A stretch of 64,000 nt of DNA from Microthyrium microscopicum (Eukaryota). The notes beneath the pieces were generated by a model that was not told where the DNA came from, made no database searches, and was given only the letters and a program-made list of their open reading frames with translations. Shown piece after piece: positions 35,360 to 48,409 of this stretch. Each line of letters starts with the position of its first letter. The first letter of the stretch is position 1. Both the position numbers and the translations under genes were made by a program. Where the stretch lies: contig MU004236.1 in the NCBI GenBank assembly GCA_010405405.1, positions 384,576 to 448,575 on the forward strand, written 5' to 3'.

Positions 35360-37334
35360 CTATCTGCTAAATCCAAACCACCCTTTCTTTGTAGGCTTCT
35401 GTTCTTCGCTCCTCTTCGCGTCTTCACCTTGTTTCGCACCCGCTGCAGATGACGCGCCGGACTCTTGTCCAGGATATTTAATGTAATTCCACGCCAAGTC
35501 GAAGAAGATAGGCTTGACTGGTACTGGTTCTATCTTCGGAGGATATGTCACCAATTTGGTGAGATCAACACCACCAGCCGAATACTCGTTCATGCGCCGA
35601 ATCATAGGCAATGGAGGCGCCTTGTCCTTTGCGACCGCGTTCTTCGCTTCATCGTTGGATTTCAGAAGATCGACTAGCCCATTGTACCGATAAACTTGCG
35701 AAGTCAGGTGGTCTTGAAGTGTTTTCGCATCTTTTGGATCGACATCAAGTTTCAGTGGTGTGTCGTTGGAGATGTGCTTTGCCGATCCCAGTGTTTTCTG
35801 AGCATGTGAGCTAAGAGACTCTGCCCGAAGGAGCAGTGCAAGAGTGTTGTCAAAGTTCCCAAGGAGTGAATGGGAATATGCGATGTTGAGGCATCTATAA
35901 AGTCAGCATACGATCTAAATCATGCAATGCGATACTGACTTGAGAGCTTGGAAATATGCTCTCCTAGCATCAAGTTCCTCAACAAATTCGGCATCTCGGA
36001 CTGCACCTCGAAGCTCTTTCACAGAGTCGATACTTTGTAAGATCGCATCATACAGCACCACGCGTTCTCGAAGTTTCGCAAGCTTGCGGCCTCTGCCTTC
36101 AGTCTGTGGTGTAGCACTCTTTTCCTGGCCTTTTGCTTGCTTTATAGGAGCTGCCTCCATGTGCAATCCATCTTGCACACCAATGAGAACTCTGTTGCGA
36201 CCTACTCGCCATCCTATCATCTCGTAATTTAGCGCCAGACTTGTCACCCGCAGGTCCTGCATCCTTGGATCGCTTTCGGGGATCTTGTCCTTCTCATGCT
36301 CCTCAATCGAATGACGAACGGTGTCAACGGCATCCTGGCTCGCAATGAGAACCTCATCATATGCGGCGGCCCGGCTCTTCGATGTTTCTTTGTCTTTATC
36401 GCTGGACAGAAATGACTTTAGTTGAGATTCGGCTGCAGTGACAGTCACCATCGCTTGACCAATGGACGCATCCACAATATTCGCTTTTCGGGACCGCCAC
36501 TCTATTGACTTGGGTAACCCGTTTGCTCCTCCATCTTCGTCGTCGTCAAATGCGTGCGGATCAACAGCTTTAACCTCCTTGGCAATTTCCGTTTCATCTT
36601 CCGGAAAGAACTTGCGAGCCACTTCGGTGACAGGTACTGTCCTTGGTATTTGTGATTGATATGCCGCCAACCGGATGGCAGGATCAATATAACCAGATAT
36701 TATTTCTTTAAAATGCTCCTTTTTCGTCTTTTTGAGCATGGCAGCATATATGATTCTCGACACGGCCAAATCCAGCAGACAATTCGACCATTTTTCTCGC
36801 TGTGCTGCTTTGTCTGCCAACCTTGGAGACCCAGAGCGGTTTTCCAGTTCTGCCGAACCCTCCAGATAATGCGCATATGCTTTTGCTTCCAGCCAGTCGA
36901 TCTTGGATGCTTTGGACGGTGATTTCTTTAACAACTCTACCAAACTATCCGCTTGCTTGGCCGCTTTCGCCAACCGCGATACGATGTGGCTTCGTCGGGA
37001 ACTTGGCATTTGTGCTGTGCTATCATCGGCGGACAATGATTTCATGTACATGGCATGCGCCCATGCTCGTTCGGCGGTGAGGAGGATAATGTGAGCAAAT
37101 CTACAGCGATTAGCATTACGCATTTGCTCAAGCTCGGTAAGTTTACTCTGGGTTACCCCCAATGTCCTCGGCGGCGATAGGCTTTTGCGAGAACTTTGCA
37201 TTTTTGGCAGTCGATCGCCCAAGTCGTTTCTGAAGAGTTTTGAGCTGGCGTGACAGTTGTGTGCGATATGAACCATGGTCGCCAATGAGTAAAGCTCTCT
37301 CTCGGTGCGAGAGAACATATTCAGTAACGTCCAT
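35360..37334 (-). CDS. SRP68: Signal recognition particle subunit SRP68
   Basis: Introns 37101-37146 and 35895-35939. Motifs DHGSYRTQLSRQL, LLTAERAWAHAM, SRLAKA and C-terminal PPKIEPVPVKPIFFDLAWNYI...KKGWFGF. Confidence 0.93.
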
Positions 37335-38305
37335 GGTAAGTTGGTATAGAACGGACAACTTGAAGTAGAGACAGTATCAATGACCCAACGCAACCGATGG
37401 TGATATTCATGCTTCAGTTGGTGGGGCAATGGTGGGATACAGATAAATGCCAAGACTGGTCGTTGGCCCTCTTCTCAATAAGCTTCAGATTAGCAGGCTC
37501 CCCCTAACTCCCTTCCCTAATTTTACTTACAATTAGCAGGGCTGCCCGTTAAACATGTCAACATTGGAGTATGCCAGAATACTCTTATCAAGCTGGTGCT
37601 GCTTTGGATGAAGTGAGACATGAGACAGCTCTATCTCACTTCAAGCATTTGTGGCACACTGACAATATCGTGCAGCACGAGCTGGAAGGAGGACGTTTCG
37701 ATACCTGGGTTAAAAGTTGAACCCATAGAAGCCCATAATCCGAATGTCAAAGATGACTTTACTTCGTGATAATCATTCTCGTCTTTGCAAAGATCGTAGA
37801 TCCGTGAAGGTTTGCGGTTGCATTGAGCAAATTGAGATATCGTTCACCTGCAAACCAAACCAATCCGAGGTTTGGATCATTTCCAGATGTATGGACTTTT
37901 TCGTAGTTGTTGTAGGCAACTAATTTGGATGTGTAGTCCATGAGATGACCAAAGAGAGCATACATAACCAAGCTCTCCGTTACTAAACCATCTACAGCTA
38001 GCTGTTTCTAAGTACAAGAGTTTAAAGCACCAATAAAGTATGTCTGAAATCCGCCGCTATACTCTAATCGAGGCACTGGGCTAATAAAATATAGACCGAA
38101 TCAACCTAGGGCAGACACACATCCTAGGCGATGTTATAGATTTCTGTATGCTCTTCTAGGTTTATATTGCAACTTCGAGGCTCTTATAATAACTTCAATG
38201 TGTAATGTTGAGGATTTGAAATAGAAGTTTCTGTTGGTTGTCAATCTCATGAATCTAACCATAACTTAGCCAACTTGCACGTAATTGTGCCTGAAGCACA
38301 ACAAG

Positions 38306-40210
38306 ATGCGTCTCGCGACCATACTTGTCAGTTTGCCCGCTGTACTGGCATTATGGCCACAGCCATCAAGCCTCAGCTTGGGAAAGGGTACACTTTGGAT
38401 CGAAGAAAACATCAAATTCGAAATAGAGAATCCTGAAGTGAGTACCAATGGAGGCTTTGACTCCAACTCTTACCATTGATAAACGATGCTGAACTCTTAA
38501 AGGCGTGGAAAAGGAGATCAGGCACTCCTGTTGGATTGCCCACAGACTTGGAGATTATTGAGAACTCAATCAAAACGACGAAAAATGCTATATTTCAACA
38601 GAATTTTGTCCCTTGGAAGTTCCATCCTAGGAATGCTAGTTATGAGCCTCCAATGTCCCCAAAGCAGACAATTTCTAAGGTCAGCATTCGTCAGGCGACT
38701 TCCAAATCCAAGAATCCACCCACGGAGAACAAGAGTATGGATGAGTACTACGCACTTAGTGTCACTGCAAACGGAGACGTCGAGATCAGTTCTAGCACTG
38801 GAATTGGAATTCTTCGAGCCTTGACCACAATGTCTCAATTGTTCTACTCTCACACTAAGGTAACTTTGACATCAGTATCTTGACGCCATAACTGACAAGT
38901 CTAGGGTGGAAAATATACCCCATTTGCTCCGGTAGTCGTCAGAGACTCACCTAAATTTGAGCATCGAGGACTCAATCTTGACGTTGCAAGGAACTACTAC
39001 CCAGTTCGTAGTATCACTCATCTTATCGACACTATGTCTACTAATAAACTCAATAAACTACATCTGCATATAACGGACTCTCAATCCTGGCCCCTGGAAA
39101 TCCCATCTCTGCCAGATTTAGCAGCGAAAGGAGCGTACAGTCCCGGATTAGTATATACTCCAAATGACATTAGAGAAATTCAGCTACACGGAGCTCTACG
39201 GGGAGTAGACGTGTTTTTGGAAATAGACATGCCAGGTCATACATCTTCAATATACTACGCATACCCGGAGCTAATCAGCAGTTTCAATGTACAGCCTGAA
39301 TGGACTTCGTTCGCATTGGAGCCGCCATCAGGAACTCTGAAACTCAATTCGAGCAAGGTAGATACGTTTTTGGAGAAAGTGTTGGCCGATTTGTCTCCTC
39401 GAATTTCGCCATACACAAACTACTTTCATACCGGCGGAGATGAAGTGAGTCAGTCGGCTTATTTGAGGGATGAGACCGTCAAAACCTCAGAGCAGTTGAA
39501 GCTGCGACCGCACATGGCACGATTTATTAAGCGAAATCACGATCAGGTATGTGCTCCATGTTTTTAGTAAACGGTTCTGACAAATCGAAGCTTCGGAAGG
39601 CAGGTCTTACACCGATTGTATGGCAAGAAATGCTTACGGAATGGATGCTTCCAATGGAGAAAGACGTCGTTGTGCAAGCCTGGCAAGGCGGCTCCGCAGT
39701 GAATCTAATTACACAGCAAGGACATAAAGCAATCGCGGGAAACCAGGAAAACTGGGTGAGCAGCTTCATTTCTGAATACCAACATTCCTGTGCTAAAGAC
39801 TGCAGTATCTCGATTGCGGCCAAGGAGATTGGCTAAATCCAAGCGGTGGTAAAAACTCGTATCCCTTCACAGGATGCTCTCCAAGAAAGAATTGGAGAAT
39901 GGTATATACATATGATCCATTGGATCAAGTTGATGCAAAGAACCATCATTTAGTTATTGGAGGCGAAGCACATATCTGGTCGGAACAGATTGATCATATC
40001 AACATGGATCCTGTAGTGTGGCCGAGAGCTTCAGCTGCGGCGGAGGTGTTATGGAGTGGGCCAAGAGATGCGAATGGCAAGGATAGAGATATTCAGGAGG
40101 CTGCAATCAGGCTGAGTGAGTTTCGGGAACGAATGGTTGCGATGGGTGTCATGGCCGAACCTATCCAGATGCCGTTTTGTTTACAGGAGCCACATCAGTG
40201 CGATGGATAG
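38306..40210 (+). CDS. Secreted GH20 beta-N-acetylhexosaminidase
   Basis: Signal peptide then LWPQP. Introns 38438-38502, 38860-38904, 39547-39590, 39756-39805. Motifs HRGLNLDVARN, HLHITDSQSWP, EIDMPGH, catalytic HTGGDE, YLDCG, WSEQ, WPRASA. Confidence 0.93.
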
Positions 40211-40504
40211 AATAAATGAAATGTAAGCATATGAACCTGAATGTTTTTACGTTGCAAACCATAAAGGGAAACGCGGAATAGAGGAAATGCTAGTTGCCTA
40301 GCTAGGTACCATTTGAGCACTCTTCGTTTAGAGAGAACAGGAAGACCATTTTGTACCTCTCAATATCTTAAAGCATGAAAAGCAAAGAACCTCGACTCAA
40401 AAATTTCCTGCCCATTTAGCCTTTCTACCGGATATGATCATTCTGTCTTCGGAAGTGTCTCTTCGCTCGTTCCCCCTCGAACGCTTCCCAAGATACGGGA
40501 GCCA

Positions 40505-42037
40505 TCAAGGCCGTGGTACGATCCCTCTCGACCTCTGAATCAAGCTCAATACCTTGTTCATATCAAAGCCGTTATAAGAGACACCTGTAACAGGGAATTT
40601 AGTCTTCGGAGGCTGAGATCCGTTGACTATGTGCAGGTCGCGATGGTAGACTGTCAGAGAAATTCCAAAGTCTCGCGCCTCTTGTATTGGGATTGGTCCT
40701 CTACGCCAGAGATTTTGTCTGTTGGTCAGTTTGTTAAAAACTAGGAGTTCATCTGTACGTGTTTGCTGACAACCTTGCGTGAGGTATCCTAGATCGATGG
40801 AGTCAAGACATGAAGAAGGTACCAGTCTCAAGAAGTCGAAGATGTTTCCCCAGTCAAAACCTGGGTGAAAGCTGAGCAACATGACGTATTTCAACTGAAG
40901 ATGTGATAGCGTTCCCTGGCAGCGCTGGAGCAGCTTTAAAAATGATGACCCTGAGATGGACATATGTGTCAACGATAACCGGCTGAGCGAAGTGCATCTT
41001 TCCCTTGAATTAAGCACCGACATGATGCTAGGACTTTCAGGTGTCCAGTATATGCCTAATGAAAGATTCAATGAACGTAAACTTGTGATAGGGATGAGGA
41101 GATAGCGATAGATGCTCAAAAGTGATGGTACTAACACCGTGTTAGGGGCACCAACCCAATTGGAACCAAAGTAGGGAACTACTGCATCAACTCCTAGAGT
41201 GAGATTCTCAACTTGAGCCCAAGCGGAGCGAAACGATGGTTCTTTGAGTATACTGCGTATGTGCTTGAATTCCTTCTCATTATGCATCGTGGGAAGGATC
41301 CAGCAATTTGGCAAGATATGGCCACTAGATATTGGATCCCCGATAGACCGTGGACGAGGCTGAGCTAGTCCCTGTCTCCTGGAGAGGAAGTGAAATCCCT
41401 GGACTTTTAATTGGTGCCTTGCAATTATGCTGTTCAAGTGGCACATGACTCCACCCAGGAGGATATGATTCGAAAGGCCGGGAAGAGCTAACGTGGAGAT
41501 GATACTAGATTGCTGGTAGGCCCTCCAGAAAACCTCAGGATGCTCAAGGTTGAAGCTTCTGCAGTTTGGAAGACTTAAAATGACATTCTCCAAAGCCTGC
41601 GCTCCCTGTAGAATGATTTTGTCTCTGTGAGAGATGGATGTTGTCCATGTATACCCTTCCCCGTACCTGGCAAAATCTTGATCGGGTTCGATGGATGAAA
41701 ATATTCGCAGTGTGTGGACATGATCAACGATGTCTGAGCTTGAGTTGTTGATCATCATCTGCAGGGACTGAAGTGATTCCTTGGACAAGTCGGTAGTGAT
41801 GATTTGAAAGCACCTCCTAGCTGCGTCGCCGAGAAAATCATTATCAAATTGGCGGCAAGTGCGGCGGAGAGCGATGCAGTCGTCTAGTTCCAGCATGGAG
41901 TATACTATCCAAGTGAGCTCCGAAGGTAACTTTTGAAAACAAGGAAACTTTGGCGGCTTCTCAAAAAGACGTGTGCCAAAAGCTACCTTTTGGATGTACT
42001 GGAGCGCTTGCGACATTTTCGATCGAGGTCTATTCAT
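40505..42037 (-). CDS. F-box protein with LRR-like C-terminal region
   Basis: Intronless 510-aa ORF with FQKLPSELTWIVYSMLELDDCIALRRTCRQF followed by LxxLxL repeats. Confidence 0.8.
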   Translation of the reverse strand: MNRPRSKMSQALQYIQKVAFGTRLFEKPPKFPCFQKLPSELTWIVYSMLELDDCIALRRTCRQFDNDFLGDAARRCFQIITTDLSKESLQSLQMMINNSSSDIVDHVHTLRIFSSIEPDQDFARYGEGYTWTTSISHRDKIILQGAQALENVILSLPNCRSFNLEHPEVFWRAYQQSSIISTLALPGLSNHILLGGVMCHLNSIIARHQLKVQGFHFLSRRQGLAQPRPRSIGDPISSGHILPNCWILPTMHNEKEFKHIRSILKEPSFRSAWAQVENLTLGVDAVVPYFGSNWVGAPNTVLVPSLLSIYRYLLIPITSLRSLNLSLGIYWTPESPSIMSVLNSRERCTSLSRLSLTHMSISGSSFLKLLQRCQGTLSHLQLKYVMLLSFHPGFDWGNIFDFLRLVPSSCLDSIDLGYLTQGCQQTRTDELLVFNKLTNRQNLWRRGPIPIQEARDFGISLTVYHRDLHIVNGSQPPKTKFPVTGVSYNGFDMNKVLSLIQRSRGIVPRP

Positions 42038-42512
42038 ATTGAAGTTTGGCTTTCAAGAGTGGAGGCATATGGACTCGAGTCTCAACATCCATTTCTGTAC
42101 CAGGCAGTGAGAGACTTACGGTATATCTGTCTTCTGTTGATCGTGGTCGAATAATGGTATAGAATATTCTAGCTGACCAAACTCCGGAGAGACGAGGCCA
42201 CCAGACGATCGGCCAATTGATCGAGTACCATGGGAAGCGGAATCATGAACGATGTTACAGTGTATAGGAGCATGCCATCTATTTTGTCCTCTGCTGGCAA
42301 AAGCATCTTCATGAAACTTCGAAACCAGGACTAGGCTGATCGGTTCATCGTGGGAGACATCAGCTCGTCAAAAATGCTCAACTCATGATATACAACTATA
42401 TCTAGGAGTAAATACAAGCCATTGGTTAAGGACTGCGCCGCAATGCAAGCAAGAAAAGATATTACCATTTAGAATATTAGTGGGTATATATGCTCTGTTG
42501 GTCCGACATGTT

Positions 42513-44227
42513 TTAGTATTTGCCCAACTTCAAAATCAAATCTGATGCATGTTCCGCTGCAATCATAACACCAAACTAGAACACCCGTTAGCTTTCCTCT
42601 AACAACAACAGAAATGTACTGGGTATCTTACCTGTGGGTTGACAGTCAAGGGAGCCACTATCGACGCATCCACAACGTGAATGTTCTTCGTCCCCTTGAC
42701 CACCGTATTCGCATCAACACACTTGCCAATTCGACAACTTGAGCTCCAATGATTCACTTCTCCACGCGTATATGCCGTCGAGCTGGTGATGTAATCGCGG
42801 ATCTGTGTCTGTGTGGAGTTGAGCGGGATGTTCAGTGGTGTAAGTACCTTGGGATCTAGTTTTGCGAATATAGAGTGTATGAAAGTTGCGATCGCGTCGC
42901 CATCGCGTGAATCAGAGTAGTAGACGTTGTTGTCAGGGCCGGGAAGGTACTGGTCGTTAAGCTCGACTTTTCCAGAGCTGAAGAGGCCGGAGGTTCCGTA
43001 AACGTTGAGCGTGATGGTGTTGTTGGATGTCCAGTCCGCAAAGCCGGAGCTGTCGATTGTGCCTTGGAATCCGATAGTGTGGTTGTCGACTTTGAGTGTG
43101 TCCCAGAAGGCGGATGTTTCGGAGGCGAAGCTGTAAGGCCCAGAGCGATGCTGAGTGTAGGCGAGAGCGTCGGCGGGAATTGGGTTGGAGTAGTTGTGTA
43201 CGTAGGATTGGATGGATGGGTTGGAGAGTTCGATGAACGTGTTGGGATTGTCGAAGAGGCCGTTGCCTACTTCCGCGTTGTTGATCCAGTCAGAGACACC
43301 GTCGAGTTTTCCTCCGGCGGTGAGGTTGGCGCGCAGTGCTGGGTCGCCGATGCCAGAGAACCAGAGGAGAGCGGGCGATTGGAGAGCTCCGCCGCTGGAG
43401 ATCACACGGCCACCAGAGGCGAGTTTGATGACTTTGGCAGTGCCGTTTACAATGGCACTGACGCCAGTGGCTGTGTCACCGTTGCGGATGATGCGCTCCA
43501 CACGGGTGTTCATTTGGAGCTGGAAGTTCTTGCGTTTGATAGCATCTTGGAGGTAGGTACGAACGGGACCACCGCGTTGGCCGTTGACGTAGTCAAAGAT
43601 AGGTCGGCCAAAGACTTTGGACTTGTTGTCTGCTTCTTTGTTGATGTCGACATTGGCATAACCGGCGCCATCGACGAGCCATTTCTTTGCAGCGACATAT
43701 CCGGATTGGACATAGAACTTGTCGTCTTGAGAATAGACGTCGTCGGAAGGAACAGTGTCGTATACCCGGTCGATGGCGGCAGAGACGTCCTTGTGTTTCC
43801 AACCCTTGGGGAAGTAGGTGTCAAAGTCACTCCTTGGAGGCTCAAAGAATAAACCAGCATTAATAGCACTTGAACCTCCAAGAGTACAACCCGTGAAAGC
43901 ATTTGCGTGCTCCGCACATGTCAAGTTTCCTTGGTCGGCGAAGATGCTCTTATATAAGCCGGGTACATCAACTCGCGACAGTTGCTGGTTGTCCAACCAT
44001 GCTGGCTTTTGTCGTCCTCCAGTGATCCAGTACGATGGTCCACCACCTTCGAGAAGTAGAGTTTTCTTTCCAGCTTTGCTCATACGTTCAGCAACAATGA
44101 TTCCTGCCGGACCGGCTCCAATAACGATAATATCCCATGCTGAATCCACTCTGGTTTCATTCTGGACTGGTGCCGCTGTTGATACAGCGGCCAACGAAAG
44201 TATAAAAGATATTAAGAGTTGATACAT
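42513..44227 (-). CDS. Secreted GMC oxidoreductase, cellobiose dehydrogenase-like flavin domain only (AA3_1)
   Basis: Signal peptide MYQLLISFILSLAAVSTA, then WDIIVIGAGPAG, DVPGL, GCTLGGSSAINAGL, NHWSSSC, VVDAS, VNPQ. Intron 42576-42631 adds the final FGVMIAAEHASDLILK. Confidence 0.9.
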
Positions 44228-46386
44228 TTTGAATACCGGAGCAATTCCCAAGCTCTTTTCGAAAGGGAAAACGCAGAAACTAAATAGAAAGAGGCCGATT
44301 GAAGGCCGAAATGACAAGCACTCAGCTCCAGTGACTTGCAAACGCAGACTTGGTCGGTGATTTAAAGCATCGCGCCTGCTGTCAGCCGCGTCAGGGTGTC
44401 TCGCCCAGTAGGGAACCAAGACATTTGATGGTAACTTGAGATGCAGGCGCAGGGTGGGACATAATTGGGTCCGTTGTAGAGTCTGGGCCAATGGAAAGCT
44501 TGTTGTTGGAAGCTATGGCTGCATTCGGCTAATTGGTAAAGCTTACACGACATGGAGATGGACAACGCCAATAAGCACTGTCGACAAGACGGGGAATTTG
44601 CCAGAAGGATTGGGGAAGGGGATGGAGATCAGCAACAGGCAAAGCCTGATGGCGTCGTAGGAAGGCTTGCAGAAAGTGATCTGGGGCTATTTTTGGTTGT
44701 AGGCATTGGATATTTAGTATCGTTGAGAGCAGGAAATGATGTGGTGGCCTTGCCGGTTGTCATGCTGAATGAGGCTGAAAGTGAAGAATCTAGCCTGCAT
44801 GTGGTCAATAGGTATCATGGACCAGGTTCAAGGTTACACCACGACAAGACCTCGAGCTTCAGTGAGGTTGGGAGATGTTGTTGTCCAACATGAAAGGTTG
44901 CACATGAACATAATACAAGATGAGCACGAGCTGTTGGTAATTTCGTAGTCTGCATCAAAATCGTAAAATGAAAAGGATTTGAAGTTGAGCAAATGCAAAG
45001 TCAAACGGGCTTAGATATTGGCCCCAGTGGCGTCCATCAGCCCCCAACTTAACAGTTGAAAGGAAATTGAAAAGATCAGATCTTTTGAATGTCCGTGAGC
45101 AAGCCGTGGACCGACTACCGCCGACCGGGCAGCAATTGGAGCCGCATGTGCTGTGCAGTCAAGGGCAGTCTTGCGCAACATCACTGTTGTCACTTGTGTA
45201 AATTATCATCGTTTCCAACACTTTCGTACTTCTTAAAACCCAGGACGCTGGCAGACACGACTTTGAATCTCAGGAGGTTAGTTTCAAGAACGAAATCAGG
45301 ACATATTTGCTTCTGTTGAAGAAAGCATGCCTCCATGTACCATGAATTGAGAAATAGCTTGAGCATTGCACGCAGTTAACATGGTGTCCCAGTGAAGTTG
45401 AAAGCACGACGACCAAGAATCGAAGGCACTTGGCCACCACACTCCGGATCTGGAGTCTGGACACTTTTATTTCTCAAGCGAAGTGTCGATAACATACCAA
45501 AGTTGAGCAATGAGAAGGAGCTTGGAAAATCTTGGACAAAGGGTGAAGTATTCCCATCAGTGGTTGTTGATATTAATAAAAGCGAATTATCAGCACAGCA
45601 CATAGCACGCTTCCATCAAGTACGACATCGCCCATGTGCGAGCGTCCTTTTATTTTCTAAAGCATAAAGGTTCACAGCATCTCTGAATAAGATGCGGTGG
45701 ACTTCAAGGCCAGTTGCTGTCATGGAGTACGATGGGAGATTTCAGAGTTGATGGGAGCGTAACAACTGTTTTGCATCAGTTGATATCGCCTCGTACGTTC
45801 TGACATGGGGCTGGCTTATTTGCAGAAGAGCAACAGCCAATTGAAAAGGTGGGTTCAAAAGGTATGTGTGGCGTAAATTGACAAGGTGATCAAGATCAAG
45901 AAATTGATGAAATCAAGGTAATTCTAGAAGTCAATGGAGTTGATATGTGCAGTGCCCGGATGTGGTTGTTGTAGATGGAGTGGCAAAAGCTTCGTATGCC
46001 TTTTGGGAGGCGCGAATGACGGTACTGAGCCACTCCTGCTTCTTCTGGTAACAAGTTCTAGGCATCACTTTACCTTTACTACTACATACACTAACTACTT
46101 CCCCTCTTCAACCATTATTTCTATACTTTCTCCCTTCACCTCCTCCATTTTGACCTTCTTTCCCGACTTCCTATATCAACATCACAAGTCTCGAGTAGAG
46201 TGCTGCTTTCACGCAAACACCCAGCATTATCACCTGCTTCCAACCGCCAGGCGCTCCGGGACCCCGCTGCATTCACTCGCCACTCAACTGCTTGCTTGCC
46301 TTGCTTGCTTGCTTCCCTCAGCCAGCCTTGCCAGCCAGCCTACTCCTAGCATTTACTACTGACAGTGCCGCACACGACCATCAACA

Positions 46387-47845
46387 ATGAGTGCTCCCCT
46401 GGCCAAAGGTACTTACTATCCTCCGTGCCCCTCCGTCATACATTCCTAACTTAACTCTACAATCTACCTACATCAAACCCCTGCCTTGAAACTCTCTGGT
46501 TATCTTGAAGAACATCATGCCTTGCTCATGACATTCCTCCTTTCCCTACATTTTGCTAACAATGCCTCCTCCTGTAGGCCTCATAATCGCTGCCAGTATT
46601 GTCGTAGCCGCCGGCCTCGCAATTTACGAGAATGAACAAGTTCGTCTCTGGCTCGACGAGCACCGTCGTCGCATTGCCATAGCCCTATATTCGCTCGGTG
46701 ACGGCATCAATCCAAACGCCTCACAAGAACAGTCTCCTCAGCAAGAGGCTGAAATGGCCGAACTCAACCGCAAACGAAGAAACGAGATTGTCACACGCAA
46801 TCGCGAGGAACTCATAAGAAAGGCCCAAGAAGAAGGTGTGGCTGTGGATTTGGACCAACTTACAGCGCTTGGAATCTTGGAACGGGAGACTGCTTCTCCA
46901 ATTTTACCAGCTGCGGGCTTGGAAAGGGAAAGGTCAGGTTCAAACACCACCTTCGATGGCATGGTTGGACATGATGGCAAGCTCAAGCGCCAGATTCAAG
47001 TCGAAGAGATGTCTGAGACACCAACTGCTTCCGGCTCATCTTTTCAACCTGGTCCAGATGAGGGAATGAGGCATCGTGGCGCTGGAGCTCGAGGATTCGC
47101 TGCTGGTGCTGGATCATATATGGCGAACCCCTTTGCAAGCCCGTTCGATGATGACGCACATGTTCTATTTGACCACAACGAAGAGCAAGAAAACACCGTC
47201 TCATCAGATCCATCCACCACAATTCGCGCTGTATCTCCACGCCCAGATTTTGAACCTCATATCCTCGATGAACAGACAGGACCTATTGACATACCTGTCT
47301 ATTCCACCGAAGAGTCTGATATTCCAACTCCAACATACAAGACTGACGATGAGCTCGAAGCTGAGATCCAAGAAGCCATCCGCCTCAGTCTGACAGAGAC
47401 GCCCGTAGTTCGCAGAGACACATCCGCCACCATTCAGCCTGACAGCCCCATGCAAGGCTACTCTACACCAATGATCCACTCCCCCGCTTCAGACGACTCT
47501 CTCTACCGTCCAGCATCTCCTCGATTCCGGACTCTCGATCAATCACTCCTGACAACAGATCCTTCCAGTCTAACCGCCTCCTCAAGCCTTCCAGCTGATG
47601 GTTCGTTCCTCTTCGCATCCGCGCCACACAGCGCTGATGGAACACGCACCCCCACGACCGTCAATGACGACGCATTCTCCACCATTTCTTCAAACCCGGA
47701 CTTGGAAATGGTAGACGCTCGTAGTGAGGCAGACACCAACGATAGTTTCAGTGTTGTCGGTGCTAGTACGCCTGGCAGCTGGTCTGAAGTTGATAGTGAC
47801 AGCGAGACGGAAGCAGTTAATGGATCGAGCCATGTTCAGCGGTAA
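46387..47845 (+). CDS. Uncharacterised N-terminally membrane-anchored, largely disordered protein with UIM-like and AIM/LIR-like motifs
   Basis: 22-nt first exon (ATG 46387) and intron 46409-46577 give MSAPLAKGLIIAASIVVAAGLAIYEN, followed by a long open acidic S/T/P-rich frame. Confidence 0.85.
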
Positions 47846-48409
47846 AAGAATATTATGGCTTGTTTGTTTTCAGTAGTAAATGCATGTGCATATGGGATAA
47901 GGTGGGATTTCAACACAGACAACGCACAATTCGGAGTTTTGATTTCCTTATTTTGGCTAATGGATGGAATATCAAAGCCGACCTATGGCGTTATGGATGG
48001 GCACATATCGATACCACTCTGCCTCGCTTTGGATGGTTATTAGGCTGGTGTATGGCTTGTACACCATGGTAGAATTGAATTCCTTATTTTATTTAAGGAG
48101 TCGTTCATATGCTCAACTTAGAGTGACGTCTTCCATTCGAATCATCATACAACTAATCATACATATCCTGGAATTTGTTGGTTACGATCAAGGCTAACAC
48201 GCTCTGAAAAGACCAAATAACACTTTTCAGGATCAACCCTGTATAATGTCGTACCTCTTATCACATTCGATGGCACTCAGAACACTTGATTGGAAACGCA
48301 TCTTATAGTCGCCATCGAGTGCGATAAAAAATCCGACGTGTTCTATTTCGTCGGATATCATCGAGATAAATGGGTTTACGCAGGGTGAATTCACCCCGTC
48401 TCCAACCCA

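Noticed and set aside
37759..38040. Protein-like minus-strand frame between SRP68 and GH20
   Set aside because: Short, interrupted by a stop upstream and no family recognised; at most a relic.
43064..43852. Long antisense ORFs (also 48447-49490, 28244-29254, 3377-4199)
   Set aside because: Shadow frames opposite well-supported, codon-biased genes.
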